Source: an uncultured Planctomycetota bacterium
Lineage (GTDB): Bacteria > Planctomycetota > Planctomycetia > Isosphaerales > Isosphaeraceae
NCBI GenBank assembly: GCA_963823665.1
Contig: CAWGMQ010000004.1
Location: forward strand, 1,920,001-1,984,000
Direction: 5' to 3'
Length of the DNA: 64,000 nt
Shown: positions 20,985 through 30,310 of the stretch, in pieces
Layout of the letters: each line of letters opens with the position of its first letter
Numbering within the stretch: position 1 is the first letter of the stretch
The notes under the pieces: model-generated
What the model was told of the DNA's origin: nothing
The model's database searches: none
Seen by the model: only the letters and a program-made list of their open reading frames with translations
Position numbers and translations under genes: made by a program

Positions 20985-21434
20985 ATGACTGTATCGTCTT
21001 ACGCTAGTTTGCCCATAACGAGCACGGGTGAGCCGCATTGGCGGGTGTGTTTGCCGGCGGATCTGGAAGCAAGAGTGCTTGATCGTCTTCAACTCACGAA
21101 CCCGGCCAAGGCAATCGATGCGTTCGCGCACGACTATCCCGAATTCGCCATGGCTATCCGAGAACGGGCAGCGCAACTTCAACGAATCGACGGAGTCATG
21201 GATCTGCCGGCTGCGGCGTGCGTGCGGCTGGACGGCCAGAAACCACTGCCACCACCGTTCGTGCCTCCGCGTGCCGGGCGCCGAACGGCGACTTCGCCAA
21301 TTCCCGCATTGCGAACCAAGCACTGTCACTGGTACACACGCGAAGGGGCAGCATTCTCCCCATGTAATACTCCACATTTTTTGATTAGATCCCAGTCCCG
21401 CGAGCTAGTCTCTCCCGGTTGCGGGACTGATTAG
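20985..21434 (+). CDS. Hypothetical protein downstream of the nuclease-Hint gene
   Basis: ORF starts 60 bp after the corrected stop; no recognised motif. Confidence 0.4.
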   Translation: MTVSSYASLPITSTGEPHWRVCLPADLEARVLDRLQLTNPAKAIDAFAHDYPEFAMAIRERAAQLQRIDGVMDLPAAACVRLDGQKPLPPPFVPPRAGRRTATSPIPALRTKHCHWYTREGAAFSPCNTPHFLIRSQSRELVSPGCGTD

Positions 21435-21987
21435 TCTTTCCGACAGCGATCGCGTCGCTCATCCCGAATTTACCCTACGTGTTCATCGGATCATGATTCA
21501 AGCCGCAAAGGACCGAGGATCGAAGAATAAGACTCATGTGAAGCGCAAGACCAGATCCCGAGCGTAGCAATTGCTATCTCCAACACCGTGGGGTAAAATA
21601 AAGAAAGTACGGGGGCTCATCTGGAAGGACTCGCCCCCGATGCTTCGCGCGTGTCGGTCGGGCACAGATGCTATGCGAAGCGTATCTTCCCAGCTCCTGT
21701 CATCGCGTGATATTGTCCGCGAGACAGGTTGAAATAAAACCCGCATTCGTAACAAGCCACGAGCAATTTCCTTTCGAGTACGTTCCCGACTGCGGCGACT
21801 CGCCGTGACAAGTAAGGCGCTGCAGTCAGGAAAAGCCGAAGGAAACGAACACGCGCCCTTGGGGACATTCCCCGGGGGCCGTGTCGTTATATCAGAACCA
21901 GTTCGGCTATGAATTAATCGGCCCGAACCGCTCATAATCACTGAAGAACTCTCTGATTATTGCCCTCCCGCACTTCGTTGAATCAAC

Positions 21988-22549
21988 TCACTCATTCTTG
22001 GCGATCCTGAAAAATGCACCCTGACGATCAAAGTCTTTTCGCTGTGTCATAAGAGCTTTAAATCGTTTGCTGAGATTCGCGACCGTTTTGAACCGTGGAT
22101 CATTTCGTTCGGCAATTCTTGCCACATCACTAGGACTCAACAAAGCCCCATTTGCATCTCGAAGAATCCGCTCCGCGACGTCGTCGAGCTGCAAGTTTTC
22201 GCCTCGTTCGGTGCTAATTCGGGACACAGCCTCATACAACCGTGATTGAGCCTTCTGGGGACGTTTGTCTAATGGACGTTTCCGACCAACTTCATCGCTA
22301 TTGTTGTTGGGCGCCTTAGTCCCTGAAAAAGCATCGAATACAGCCTGCATCGCTGACCGCAAGTTACCCAGCACCTTTCGTTTACGATCGACACTAGATC
22401 GGACCGAGTCGCGCGCCTTGCAGGTCAGCGATTTGACTCTCAAGCTCATCGATTTCCTTCTCATCGGCATCGATTTGTGTCTCGAGCCGAAGGATCTGTT
22501 TCTCAATCTCATCCAAATTTGGGACCGTCTCATCCAAGTTTGGGGCCAT
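21988..22549 (-). CDS. Coiled-coil + possible winged-helix protein (frameshift near 22400)
   Basis: MAPNLDETVPNLDEIEKQILRLETQIDADEKEIDELESQIADLQ continuing in another frame to ...LDDVAERILRDANGALLSPSDVARIAE. Confidence 0.55.
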
Positions 22550-22970
22550 TTCAATGCTCCCCAGATCATCCGATGTGCAGCGCATCAATACGTTCAACGG
22601 ATCGTAACACATTGACCTGCGCGAATCAATACCCAGGTCCGATGGACCGAATCCTATGCGTGACCGTAATAATTACGTATATAATTTTATAGATGTGTAG
22701 TAACGGATCAGCGAACTTATTGGATATACTGTTGGTAACCCTGTCCTGTCGTATAAATCCCGATCCAACCACAAACCGGGTCGGCTTCGATGACGGCCGA
22801 CGTGCTTCCCACCTCAGCATCGCGAGCATCAATCAACGTAGGCGATTATTAATCGCGCGGATTTCACTGCACGGGTGGGTCATTTACCGGCAACTGACCT
22901 TTAGTTCACGGCATCTTCGACATTCCATTCACGGACCGCCATGGTGTACCCTTGAACTGAGCGGGTTGAA

Positions 22971-23063
22971 TCACCGCTTGCAAGCGGTGAATCACATCGC
23001 AGACCTCGTCGGTCGATTTCCCCTGTTCGGCCGACAAGTTCCGACCCGCGATTCAGGAGAAAG
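22971..23063 (+). promoter_or_regulatory. Perfect 20 bp palindrome plus hairpin/pseudoknot leader over the RBS (copy 2)
   Basis: TCACCGCTTGCAAGCGGTGA at 22971-22990; stem 23008-23016/23027-23035, loop TTTCCCCTGT pairs with CAGGAGAAA (23054-23062). Confidence 0.55.
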
Positions 23064-23064
23064 C

Positions 23065-23841
23065 ATGGCCAAACTTCCGTTGCCTGATGACCTAGTCGCT
23101 CTACGCGCAATCATCGAAGACGCCGCACTGATCGCGTCGGAGTTTCTAGCCGAGCGCGATCAACTCCGCTTGTACCACCGGTTGAGGCGTGAACTGGGAG
23201 CTTTTGATCAGCAGGAATTCGACCGACTGCTTGAGCAGAATCCGGCCAAGGCCCAGCGCGTACTTGATGACCTTCAGGCACTTCAGGACGCTGACCGCAG
23301 ATTCGTGGCAATGAACCGTCGACCAAAGACGCCCTGCATTCGCGTCAGGCCGTACGTGGACTTGCCGACCGACCCCAGAAGCAGGGTGAAGTTCTTGCTA
23401 TCATCGTCGGACCCTTTTCTCGACGTGCCGGGTCCATTCATTGAAGCCATCGTTCAAGTACACGATGAAGCGGCAGCCAAATTGGCAGCGCTCTCTCAGG
23501 CCAAGCAACACGCAACCGGTCTGCACCCGCCGACTTTGGGCAAGAGCAAGGCTCCAGAGCCCACAGCCGCCAACTCCTCGGGAAGCAAGTTCAAGTCGCG
23601 AGGCGATCCCGCGTCCCGTGCCTTGGCCGCCGCGCTCGCACTCCGGAAGGCCGGCAAGCCGGTAAGTGTCCGCGCCGCCTGCGAGGCCGCCGGCGTGGAT
23701 CGCAAGAATCTCGCTGCCAAGCACCCCGAGGCCATCGAGTTTATCGAGCGCCTTGCGGAACCGGATCGACAGCTTCGAACGGGAATGCGCGACCGCCGGA
23801 CCGGGAATCTCGAAGCGCAGGACGATTCAGACGAGGATTGA
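23065..23841 (+). CDS. Protein with unique N-terminus and conserved C-terminal HTH-like domain (module copy 2, gene A)
   Basis: C-terminus GDPASRALAAALALRKAGKPVSVRAACEAAGVDRKNL...RDRRTGNLEA; AGGAG RBS. Confidence 0.75.
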   Translation: MAKLPLPDDLVALRAIIEDAALIASEFLAERDQLRLYHRLRRELGAFDQQEFDRLLEQNPAKAQRVLDDLQALQDADRRFVAMNRRPKTPCIRVRPYVDLPTDPRSRVKFLLSSSDPFLDVPGPFIEAIVQVHDEAAAKLAALSQAKQHATGLHPPTLGKSKAPEPTAANSSGSKFKSRGDPASRALAAALALRKAGKPVSVRAACEAAGVDRKNLAAKHPEAIEFIERLAEPDRQLRTGMRDRRTGNLEAQDDSDED

Positions 23842-23992
23842 CCCAGCCACTTCATCCCTCCGCTCGAAATCGGTCGCCCCTGGAAAAGAAGGGGGCCGAC
23901 GAGCCTGCCACCCCGCCAAGACCCCACCACACGCCGGATAGCTCATGAGGCCGCGACGTGCGGCACTCTGAATCCTGACCGCGGAGTCGGTC

Positions 23993-24586
23993 ATGTCCCG
24001 TACAAACCCGCTGGCCGACCTCACGCTCGATGAATTTCCGATCGCATGGCTCGCGGAAATGCTGATTGCCATCAACCGAGGCGACTTCGAGCGTGCGGCG
24101 GAATCTCAACGCCAGCTTGACCGTTTCGGGTGGCGAGTGACCCACAAAAGAACCCGCCAATTCACCGTCGGATACCTCTCGCAGGAAGGGCAGGTTTCTT
24201 CAACCGAACTCGAGCAGATCCGCAGATCGTGCGACGAACTCAGCAAAGAGATTCTGGCGTCCTCAGAATTGCCCAAGTTGCTCAAAACATGGCTTCTCGA
24301 CCTGGCCCGAGCGATGCGACACGCGATCGACCGCTTTCAAGTCCAGGGCACTCGCGGTCTGCGACACCAACTGCAAGAAGCATTGCGGTCGTTTGTGCTT
24401 AACGAGCAACACCCCAAGGCGGTGCGGAAGGAGTCACCGACCATCTGGATGAGGTTGCTGGCTGGAGTGGAGCGGGTCGAAAAAGTGTCGCGTTTAGTAG
24501 AGCACGTGATGAAAATCACAGCGATCACGATGAAAGCGATAGATTATTTCTCAGGAATCAACTCGCCGTCACCTCCTTCCAAGTGA
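23993..24586 (+). CDS. Hypothetical protein (module copy 2, gene B)
   Basis: Paralogue of 18650-19243. Confidence 0.75.
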   Translation: MSRTNPLADLTLDEFPIAWLAEMLIAINRGDFERAAESQRQLDRFGWRVTHKRTRQFTVGYLSQEGQVSSTELEQIRRSCDELSKEILASSELPKLLKTWLLDLARAMRHAIDRFQVQGTRGLRHQLQEALRSFVLNEQHPKAVRKESPTIWMRLLAGVERVEKVSRLVEHVMKITAITMKAIDYFSGINSPSPPSK

Positions 24587-24700
24587 TCCAACGGGTTTTC
24601 GGGCAATCTGGCAAACAAGGTTGCTGCAAGATGACCGCCCCTTCATAATCGGCTTGTGTACTGTGTCATGTCTGGACAAAGGTCTAGGAACCTATTCTCC

Positions 24701-25360
24701 ATGAGCATCATCTTGGGACACGGCGTCTATAGCCTGACCGAGGCTGCGCGACTCACGCATTTAAGGCCGCAACGCGTCCGGGAATGGTTTGCGGGTCGGG
24801 GCGGTGCTCGCGGGGTCGTCTTTCGGAGCGACTATCAGCCTGTCGAAGGCGATCGTGCAATCAGTTTCCTTGACCTCGTCGAACTGTTCGTGGCTGGCCA
24901 GTTGCGCGATCACGGAGTTTCGCTGCAAGCGTTGAGGAAGGTCTATAAGAGACTGGAGAAAGATCTAGATACCAGACATCCGTTTGGCAGACGAGAGATT
25001 CTAACCGATGGCAAAAACGTCTTTGTTCTCGGCCTGGATGACAAAGGGGCCGAAGAAATGGTCGAGGTTCTCTCGCGTCAAAAGGTGTTCGTTGAAATCC
25101 TGCTGCCATTCCTGAAGAGAATTGATTACGACTCCGCGACACGGCTCGCGAAAAAGTGGTTCGTAACGGATCAGGTCGTTCTCGACCCGACGATCTGCCT
25201 CGGCAAGCCTATCATCGAGAAGGCTGGAATCGCCACCGCGATCCTTGCCGCCTCGTTTCAAGCCAATGACCAAGACGCTGGAATTGTTGCGGACTGGTAC
25301 GGCGTGCAGCAGAGCCAGGTTCTGGCGGCGGTCGAATTTGAGCGAAGCCTGGCCGCATGA
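24701..25360 (+). CDS. MerR-like HTH + DUF433 antitoxin (VapB45-like)
   Basis: YSLTEAARL, ISFLDLVEL, GVSLQALRK, VLDPTICLGKPII...VADWYGV...AAVEFE. Confidence 0.85.
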   Translation: MSIILGHGVYSLTEAARLTHLRPQRVREWFAGRGGARGVVFRSDYQPVEGDRAISFLDLVELFVAGQLRDHGVSLQALRKVYKRLEKDLDTRHPFGRREILTDGKNVFVLGLDDKGAEEMVEVLSRQKVFVEILLPFLKRIDYDSATRLAKKWFVTDQVVLDPTICLGKPIIEKAGIATAILAASFQANDQDAGIVADWYGVQQSQVLAAVEFERSLAA

Positions 25361-25779
25361 AGTTCTTCTTCGATCGCAATATGTCTGTCTACCTCGCGAG
25401 AATGATCGGCGCTCTGGAGCGCGACCACACGATTAGACATCACGACGAAGACCCGCGATTTGAGACCACGACTCCCGACACAGAGTGGATCTCCGTACTG
25501 GGCAAGGATCGTCCTACATGGGTGGCGATAAGCGGTGACGGTCGCATTCTCCGCAACAAGGCCGAACGCGCCGCGCTTCGTGAAGCAAAACTGACGTTCT
25601 TCTGCCTCTCAAAGCAGTGGATGAATGTCCCGAAATATGAATTTGCTTGGAAGTTCGTGAAGGTCTGGCCCGACATTCTCGAACAGGCAAAACTGATGTC
25701 TTCGTACCAGTGCGTCTTCGAGGTAACGGGAGGTAGATCGCTGAAGATAGACGTACGTGAGCGATGGCCTTTGGGGTGA
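25357..25779 (+). CDS. PIN-like toxin (VapC45-like)
   Basis: MKFFFDRNM, PDTEWI, ISGDGRILRNKAE; ATGA overlap with the DUF433 gene. Confidence 0.85.
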   Translation: MKFFFDRNMSVYLARMIGALERDHTIRHHDEDPRFETTTPDTEWISVLGKDRPTWVAISGDGRILRNKAERAALREAKLTFFCLSKQWMNVPKYEFAWKFVKVWPDILEQAKLMSSYQCVFEVTGGRSLKIDVRERWPLG

Positions 25780-26021
25780 GGTCCGCGGCCGAAAATGCGA
25801 GTGCGTCCACTGCGCTGAGCCCATCGCCCGCTCCAATCGTGGCACTGAGCCTACTTTCCACCGAGCCCCTACGCTGTCACGGTACCCCAGCGGACAATCA
25901 TCCCACGACGCGCAAATCCCGATGTTCATGCATTTGACGCTGACGAGCGAGCCGACCCTCGAGAAGTTAAGCCAACAACCAATCTTGTCGAATCTCAAAA
26001 CATGGGCGACCGCGACCCATT

Positions 26022-26216
26022 TCATCGACCCAGCTTCACGCTCGTGTCGCCCGGCTCAGATGCGGGAAGCGAACGCTCGACCATCTCGCGAGTAACCCTG
26101 CTGTTCTCGTAATGGACATTGCCAAAGGCGAAGCCGATCTCCAGACTCCGCTCTTGTTCGGGCGTCATCTCGACGTGTCGTGCCTTCTCGATTAGAGCAA
26201 GCAGTCTGTCCGACAT
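26022..26216 (-). CDS. Small hypothetical protein
   Basis: 64 aa with RBS; MTPEQERSLEIGFAFGNVHYENSRVTREMV. Confidence 0.6.
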   Translation of the reverse strand: MSDRLLALIEKARHVEMTPEQERSLEIGFAFGNVHYENSRVTREMVERSLPASEPGDTSVKLGR

Positions 26217-26369
26217 TTCCCGTTCTCCCAGCCTGCTTCGACGTGTTCGTGATTTAGGTAATTATCGGCCAGCAAAGCGTGACCGTCAAACAATCTTGGA
26301 ACACGCAGCTCAGCTTACTGTCTCGTGGAGGAACGCGGTCGCGACCCGTATGGGTTGAAATGTCGCGAT

Positions 26370-26460
26370 CTCCCGAGGGCCTTGGCGATCGCGTAACGGC
26401 TCATCCCCGAGACTTCGACAGCTTCCCTGATCTCGCCGCTGAGCTCGGTACCCGCATCCG
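26370..26460 (-). pseudogene. Fragment of an XRE-type HTH gene
   Basis: LSGEIREAVEVSGMSRYAIAKALG then loses similarity. Confidence 0.45.
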
Positions 26461-26484
26461 GCGGAGCGGCGGGCGTACGTCGGC

Positions 26485-26817
26485 GTGAGGAATCAGGCAC
26501 CCCACGAACCGGGCACAGTCGAGGTCGAATTCCACACGTATTCGGGCATACTCGTTTTTGTTGTTCAGCGCAAACACCATTTCTGGGCGAGCCCAGACGA
26601 CGCAAGAACGACGTTGTGGCGTTTGCACAAATTCAATTTGACATGGGGAATGTTTGCATACGGCGCGTTGCTGATCCCACTTGTGTCATACCTCAACTAC
26701 GTGGCCCAGAAGCGGTCGATCGAGCGACAGCTCACCGCGATGCCCGGCGAAGGGGAGCGAGCGACCATTCCCGGAGGAGATGACAAAGGGGCCGAAGAAA
26801 CGCCCCGGAAAGCTTGA
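26485..26817 (+). CDS. Small membrane protein
   Basis: TWGMFAYGALLIPLVSYLNY hydrophobic segment. Confidence 0.55.
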   Translation: MRNQAPHEPGTVEVEFHTYSGILVFVVQRKHHFWASPDDARTTLWRLHKFNLTWGMFAYGALLIPLVSYLNYVAQKRSIERQLTAMPGEGERATIPGGDDKGAEETPRKA

Positions 26818-26918
26818 TCAAGCGATCAGGCTTTCTGTTCTCTTGCTGACTAACAGTGCCGTGCATCCGCGTTAAGTGTGCGGGGAAATCTCGCCCCGGA
26901 GTGGCGTGGGCGCCATCT

Positions 26919-27191
26919 TCAGGTGAATGGACCACTCGTGCGAAAAAACACGAGAGTGTCTTGGTGCGGTCCGGTACTCACGCGCTCAACTAGTATCTGG
27001 CCAGAACGCCCGTCGGCCGTCGCTAACGTGAACGATTGGCCCGCCGTGGGCCAAGGCGTGCCCTCGCTCAGAATGAACGAGCCCTTGTATCGGCCTGGAT
27101 TGCCCGGAGAGCCAGCCGGCTCGAAAGTGAGCAACGCGACCTTAGCAAGACTCTTATCATCGCCGCTAATCCTGCCAATTGCTTCGGACAT
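26919..27191 (-). CDS. Small hypothetical protein
   Basis: 90 aa ORF MSEAIGRISGDD...VFFRTSGPFT. Confidence 0.5.
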   Translation of the reverse strand: MSEAIGRISGDDKSLAKVALLTFEPAGSPGNPGRYKGSFILSEGTPWPTAGQSFTLATADGRSGQILVERVSTGPHQDTLVFFRTSGPFT

Positions 27192-27708
27192 CGGCGGTGC
27201 TCGGTACCTGCGCGACACGATCCGGTGCGATTCATCCTACACACGTTCTGTAGCCAATTTGTAGTCAATACTGCGGTCACTGGCGTGAATTGGTGGACGC
27301 CGGCGGATACCGGAATTCATCGCCAATCCGCATCCACAGCGGAAATTGAACGACGCCGGAGGATGACAGGCAATGCCTGGCTGACTTATGCGAAGCTGCG
27401 GTTGAGCATCGCGTCCGCGCAGTTCGGCTCGTCACGGAGAATGAAGTAGCGGGGTAGCCGCGCTCCGAAAGATGCAAGACTGGGTATGCGGGCTAAAAGA
27501 TGGCACGGCTCAGTGGGGCGGCGAGGCCGATCCTTCGAGCACTCCAACGCGAAGCTTTGCTTTATCTTCACGCCAACTCACCAGTAGAATGGAAGAAGGC
27601 AACGGACCGAGAACCACTCTCGAATATCCGCGCGTGGGTCCACAGCCTCGGCCAGGTTCGAGTGAACAGGTTTCGGCAATCGAATCGTCTCGCATTCGTG
27701 GGCTGAAA

Positions 27709-28152
27709 ATGAGCAGGCAAGCCAATACTCCCGACCTCATGAATCCCGAAGGAGAGCGCGATCGGAGGGAGTCGCAAGCAGACGCTACCTTCGATGAAGT
27801 CGATTTCGGAGTCGCCATGGACTTTCGAGAAGTCGATGAGCAGGGAGAACCCATCGTGTTGACGAGGCCGAAGCCGCACGGACTGCTTCCAATTCCCCCC
27901 GAGGTCGAGGCTGTTGTCGCTCAGGAGGAGGCGCGACTTCTCAAGGATCACGGAGTTACTCCGACGCCGGAAGCCAAACAACGGCTGCTGGACTAGCTGA
28001 CCTTGCAATACTACTTCGACGGCATCGACATCGCCTATCGCCGCACCACCAAGGGTGTCGAAGTGGTTGCGGTGGGACTTGACGAGGTGGGGGAGCTAAT
28101 CCGAACAACTCCGCAGGAGCAGCGGGCGGACGTCGTGTTTGGCCAAGGTTGA
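27709..28152 (+). pseudogene. Hypothetical partner of the aspartyl protease; in-frame TAG at 27994-27996
   Basis: ...EAKQRLLD*LTLQYYFDGIDIAYRRTTKGVEVVAVG... stays open in frame to a TGA 2 bp before the next ATG. Confidence 0.6.
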
Positions 28153-28154
28153 CC

Positions 28155-28625
28155 ATGTCGCGACTCGAACGACCGCTCCTGGCCAAGACGATTGCGCTGA
28201 CGGGCGACATCGCCCTTCGTGCCGAACTAACACTGCGGAACAAGACGAACGCGCAGAACTGGGAGCCTGTGATTTTCCTGGTTGATCCCGGGACGGAGAT
28301 GACGACACTGCCGGCTGCACGCGCGAAACAGCTCGGGATCCCTTTTCCCAAAAAGCCGGTACCACGGCTCGGCATCACCGGCAAGAGCGCTGAGGTTCGG
28401 GCGGGCCTCATCCGCACTCGTGTTGATGGGATGGACCCCACCGAGTACATCTTTCCGTTCTACTTCATCGGTGACCCCGATGCGCCCTTCGACCCTAATC
28501 GGCCGCCGAAGTTCCCCAGAAGCCTGCTGGGCTTGAGCGGTGTCGTGGACAAGATTCGCTTCCTCTTCGACGGCACGCCGACCGCGACAGCACCGCAGGG
28601 GCTCATCGTCGTCGAGAAGATATAG
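28155..28625 (+). CDS. Retropepsin-like (clan AA) aspartyl protease-like protein
   Basis: IFLVDPGTEMTTLP...AKQLGI and RSLLGLSGV; DPG in place of DTG/DSG. Confidence 0.65.
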   Translation: MSRLERPLLAKTIALTGDIALRAELTLRNKTNAQNWEPVIFLVDPGTEMTTLPAARAKQLGIPFPKKPVPRLGITGKSAEVRAGLIRTRVDGMDPTEYIFPFYFIGDPDAPFDPNRPPKFPRSLLGLSGVVDKIRFLFDGTPTATAPQGLIVVEKI

Positions 28626-28684
28626 ACGCTTTCCACCACGCCGTCGGACCATCAGGAAGCATCGCGCTTCGCTTGAAACTGGAT

Positions 28685-28853
28685 GATCTGCCTCGGAATG
28701 CCCTTCGTCGAGAAAGCCGGAGTCGCAACCGCGATTCTTGCCGCCTCCTTTCAAGCCAATCAAACAGGACGCTGGAATTGTTGGCGATCGGTACCGCGTG
28801 CATGAAAGCCAAGTTTTGGCGGCCGTCGAATTTGAGCGAAGCCTGGCTGGATG
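28685..28853 (+). pseudogene. Remnant 3' end of a second DUF433 antitoxin gene
   Basis: DNA similar to 25192-25360 (shared GTCGAATTTGAGCGAAGCCTGG); contains an indel. Confidence 0.8.
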
Positions 28854-28865
28854 GGGTCAGAGAAC

Positions 28866-30191
28866 TCAATCCGCGCCTTGCAATTTCTCCAAAAGATTGG
28901 CCGAAGGAGTAAATATCCACGTTTTACCGATCTTCCGTTTATCGACCAGCCCACGGTTCGCGAGATCCATGAGGTCGCTGCGCGCGGTTTCGTAGACGAC
29001 CCGATGGCTATTGCGATGCGACTCGACGGTGTAACGCTGGCCCGGATGGCGCAAGGCATGACCGATAAGCTCGCGCTGGCGATGGTTCAGGAATGTGAAT
29101 CCTTGAAGTTCCTTCTCAGCCTCGCTTAGCTGTTTCACGTGACGATCGATGTACTTGTAAAGCTCGCTGATCGCGCTGCTGACGATGTTCGCATGGTAGA
29201 GAATGAAGTACGTAAGGTCGTTGGCATCGGTCTCCGAATACAGAAAAGCCTGGGCATACTTCACCGGAGCCATGTGGATTATTTTTGATATCGTTATCAA
29301 CTCAAACAGCGAGTATCCGCGCTTCAGCATCGACCAGTAGAATAACGCTCGCGCGGTCCTCCCATTTCCATCGACGAAGGGGTGATCGTAAGCGAGCCAG
29401 AAGTGAAGAATGATCGACCGAACCAGAGGATGAATGAACCCGCCAGGTGTCCGGCCGTTCGCGAACTTACACATTTCCAGCGCACGTCTACTCAACTCAT
29501 CGGCTGGCGGAGGGACATGAAGCACCTGCCCCTCAGCGTCCTCCACCCGGATGTTCTCGTCGGACCGACGAAATCGTCCGGCCGCTGATGGGTTATCCAA
29601 TGTCCCATCGGTGATGAGCTGGTGGATCTCGAGTATCAGGTCGATGCTGAGATCTTGCTCCTTGATTTCCAGTATGTGCTCCATCGTTCGATAGTTGTTG
29701 AAGATCATCCTTTCGCTGCGGTTTCGCGGCGCGCGGCCTTCTTGAATCATTTTCTTGGCCACCGCCCGCGTGGTGGATGCCCCCTCCAACTGGCTGGACG
29801 TGATCGATTCCTCGATCAACGAACGCACAAGATATCGATCCCTGGTTGCCGGATTGATTACTGGTTCCGGTTGCTGGATGACACCGTGCGCCAGCGAATC
29901 GACGTGATGCAACCATTCCAGTAGCGGATCGACAACGTTAAATGTAAAGCTGGCGCCTTGTTTATCGTTGAGCGGGACAACCTTCGCCCCGAGCCGCCGC
30001 ATTTTGAGACCAAGCCACCACTCGCGGTGAGACAGCCCGTTCGGCGGTGTCAAATGTCGGAGCTTATCCCAGTGACGGTATCGGCCCCGGACGCTTGGCT
30101 CGACGATTTGTGTCATGATTCGCGCGAGGTTCTCCGGCGCAATGTTTTGCCACATCGCCTGTTGCGACGGCGGAGCGGAAGGGATCTTCAT
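28866..30191 (-). CDS. Fic family AMPylase with N-terminal inhibitory motif and C-terminal HTH
   Basis: HPFVDGNGRTAR; SSQLEG (S/T-xxx-E-G/N); YETARSDLMDLANRGLV. Confidence 0.93.
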   Translation of the reverse strand: MKIPSAPPSQQAMWQNIAPENLARIMTQIVEPSVRGRYRHWDKLRHLTPPNGLSHREWWLGLKMRRLGAKVVPLNDKQGASFTFNVVDPLLEWLHHVDSLAHGVIQQPEPVINPATRDRYLVRSLIEESITSSQLEGASTTRAVAKKMIQEGRAPRNRSERMIFNNYRTMEHILEIKEQDLSIDLILEIHQLITDGTLDNPSAAGRFRRSDENIRVEDAEGQVLHVPPPADELSRRALEMCKFANGRTPGGFIHPLVRSIILHFWLAYDHPFVDGNGRTARALFYWSMLKRGYSLFELITISKIIHMAPVKYAQAFLYSETDANDLTYFILYHANIVSSAISELYKYIDRHVKQLSEAEKELQGFTFLNHRQRELIGHALRHPGQRYTVESHRNSHRVVYETARSDLMDLANRGLVDKRKIGKTWIFTPSANLLEKLQGAD

Positions 30192-30310
30192 TGGAAGTTT
30201 GCAGTTCTGGGCGAAATACCAATTTCATACTATTTCGTACTGAATTAGTATATGGCGTGAACCTGAGCCCGAAAAGACATGCTAGCGAAACTCCCATCGA
30301 AAGGCCGCGC

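Noticed and set aside
17500..24600. Intact prophage or satellite
   Set aside because: No integrase, primase, terminase or structural genes are recognisable; at most these are regulatory remnants.
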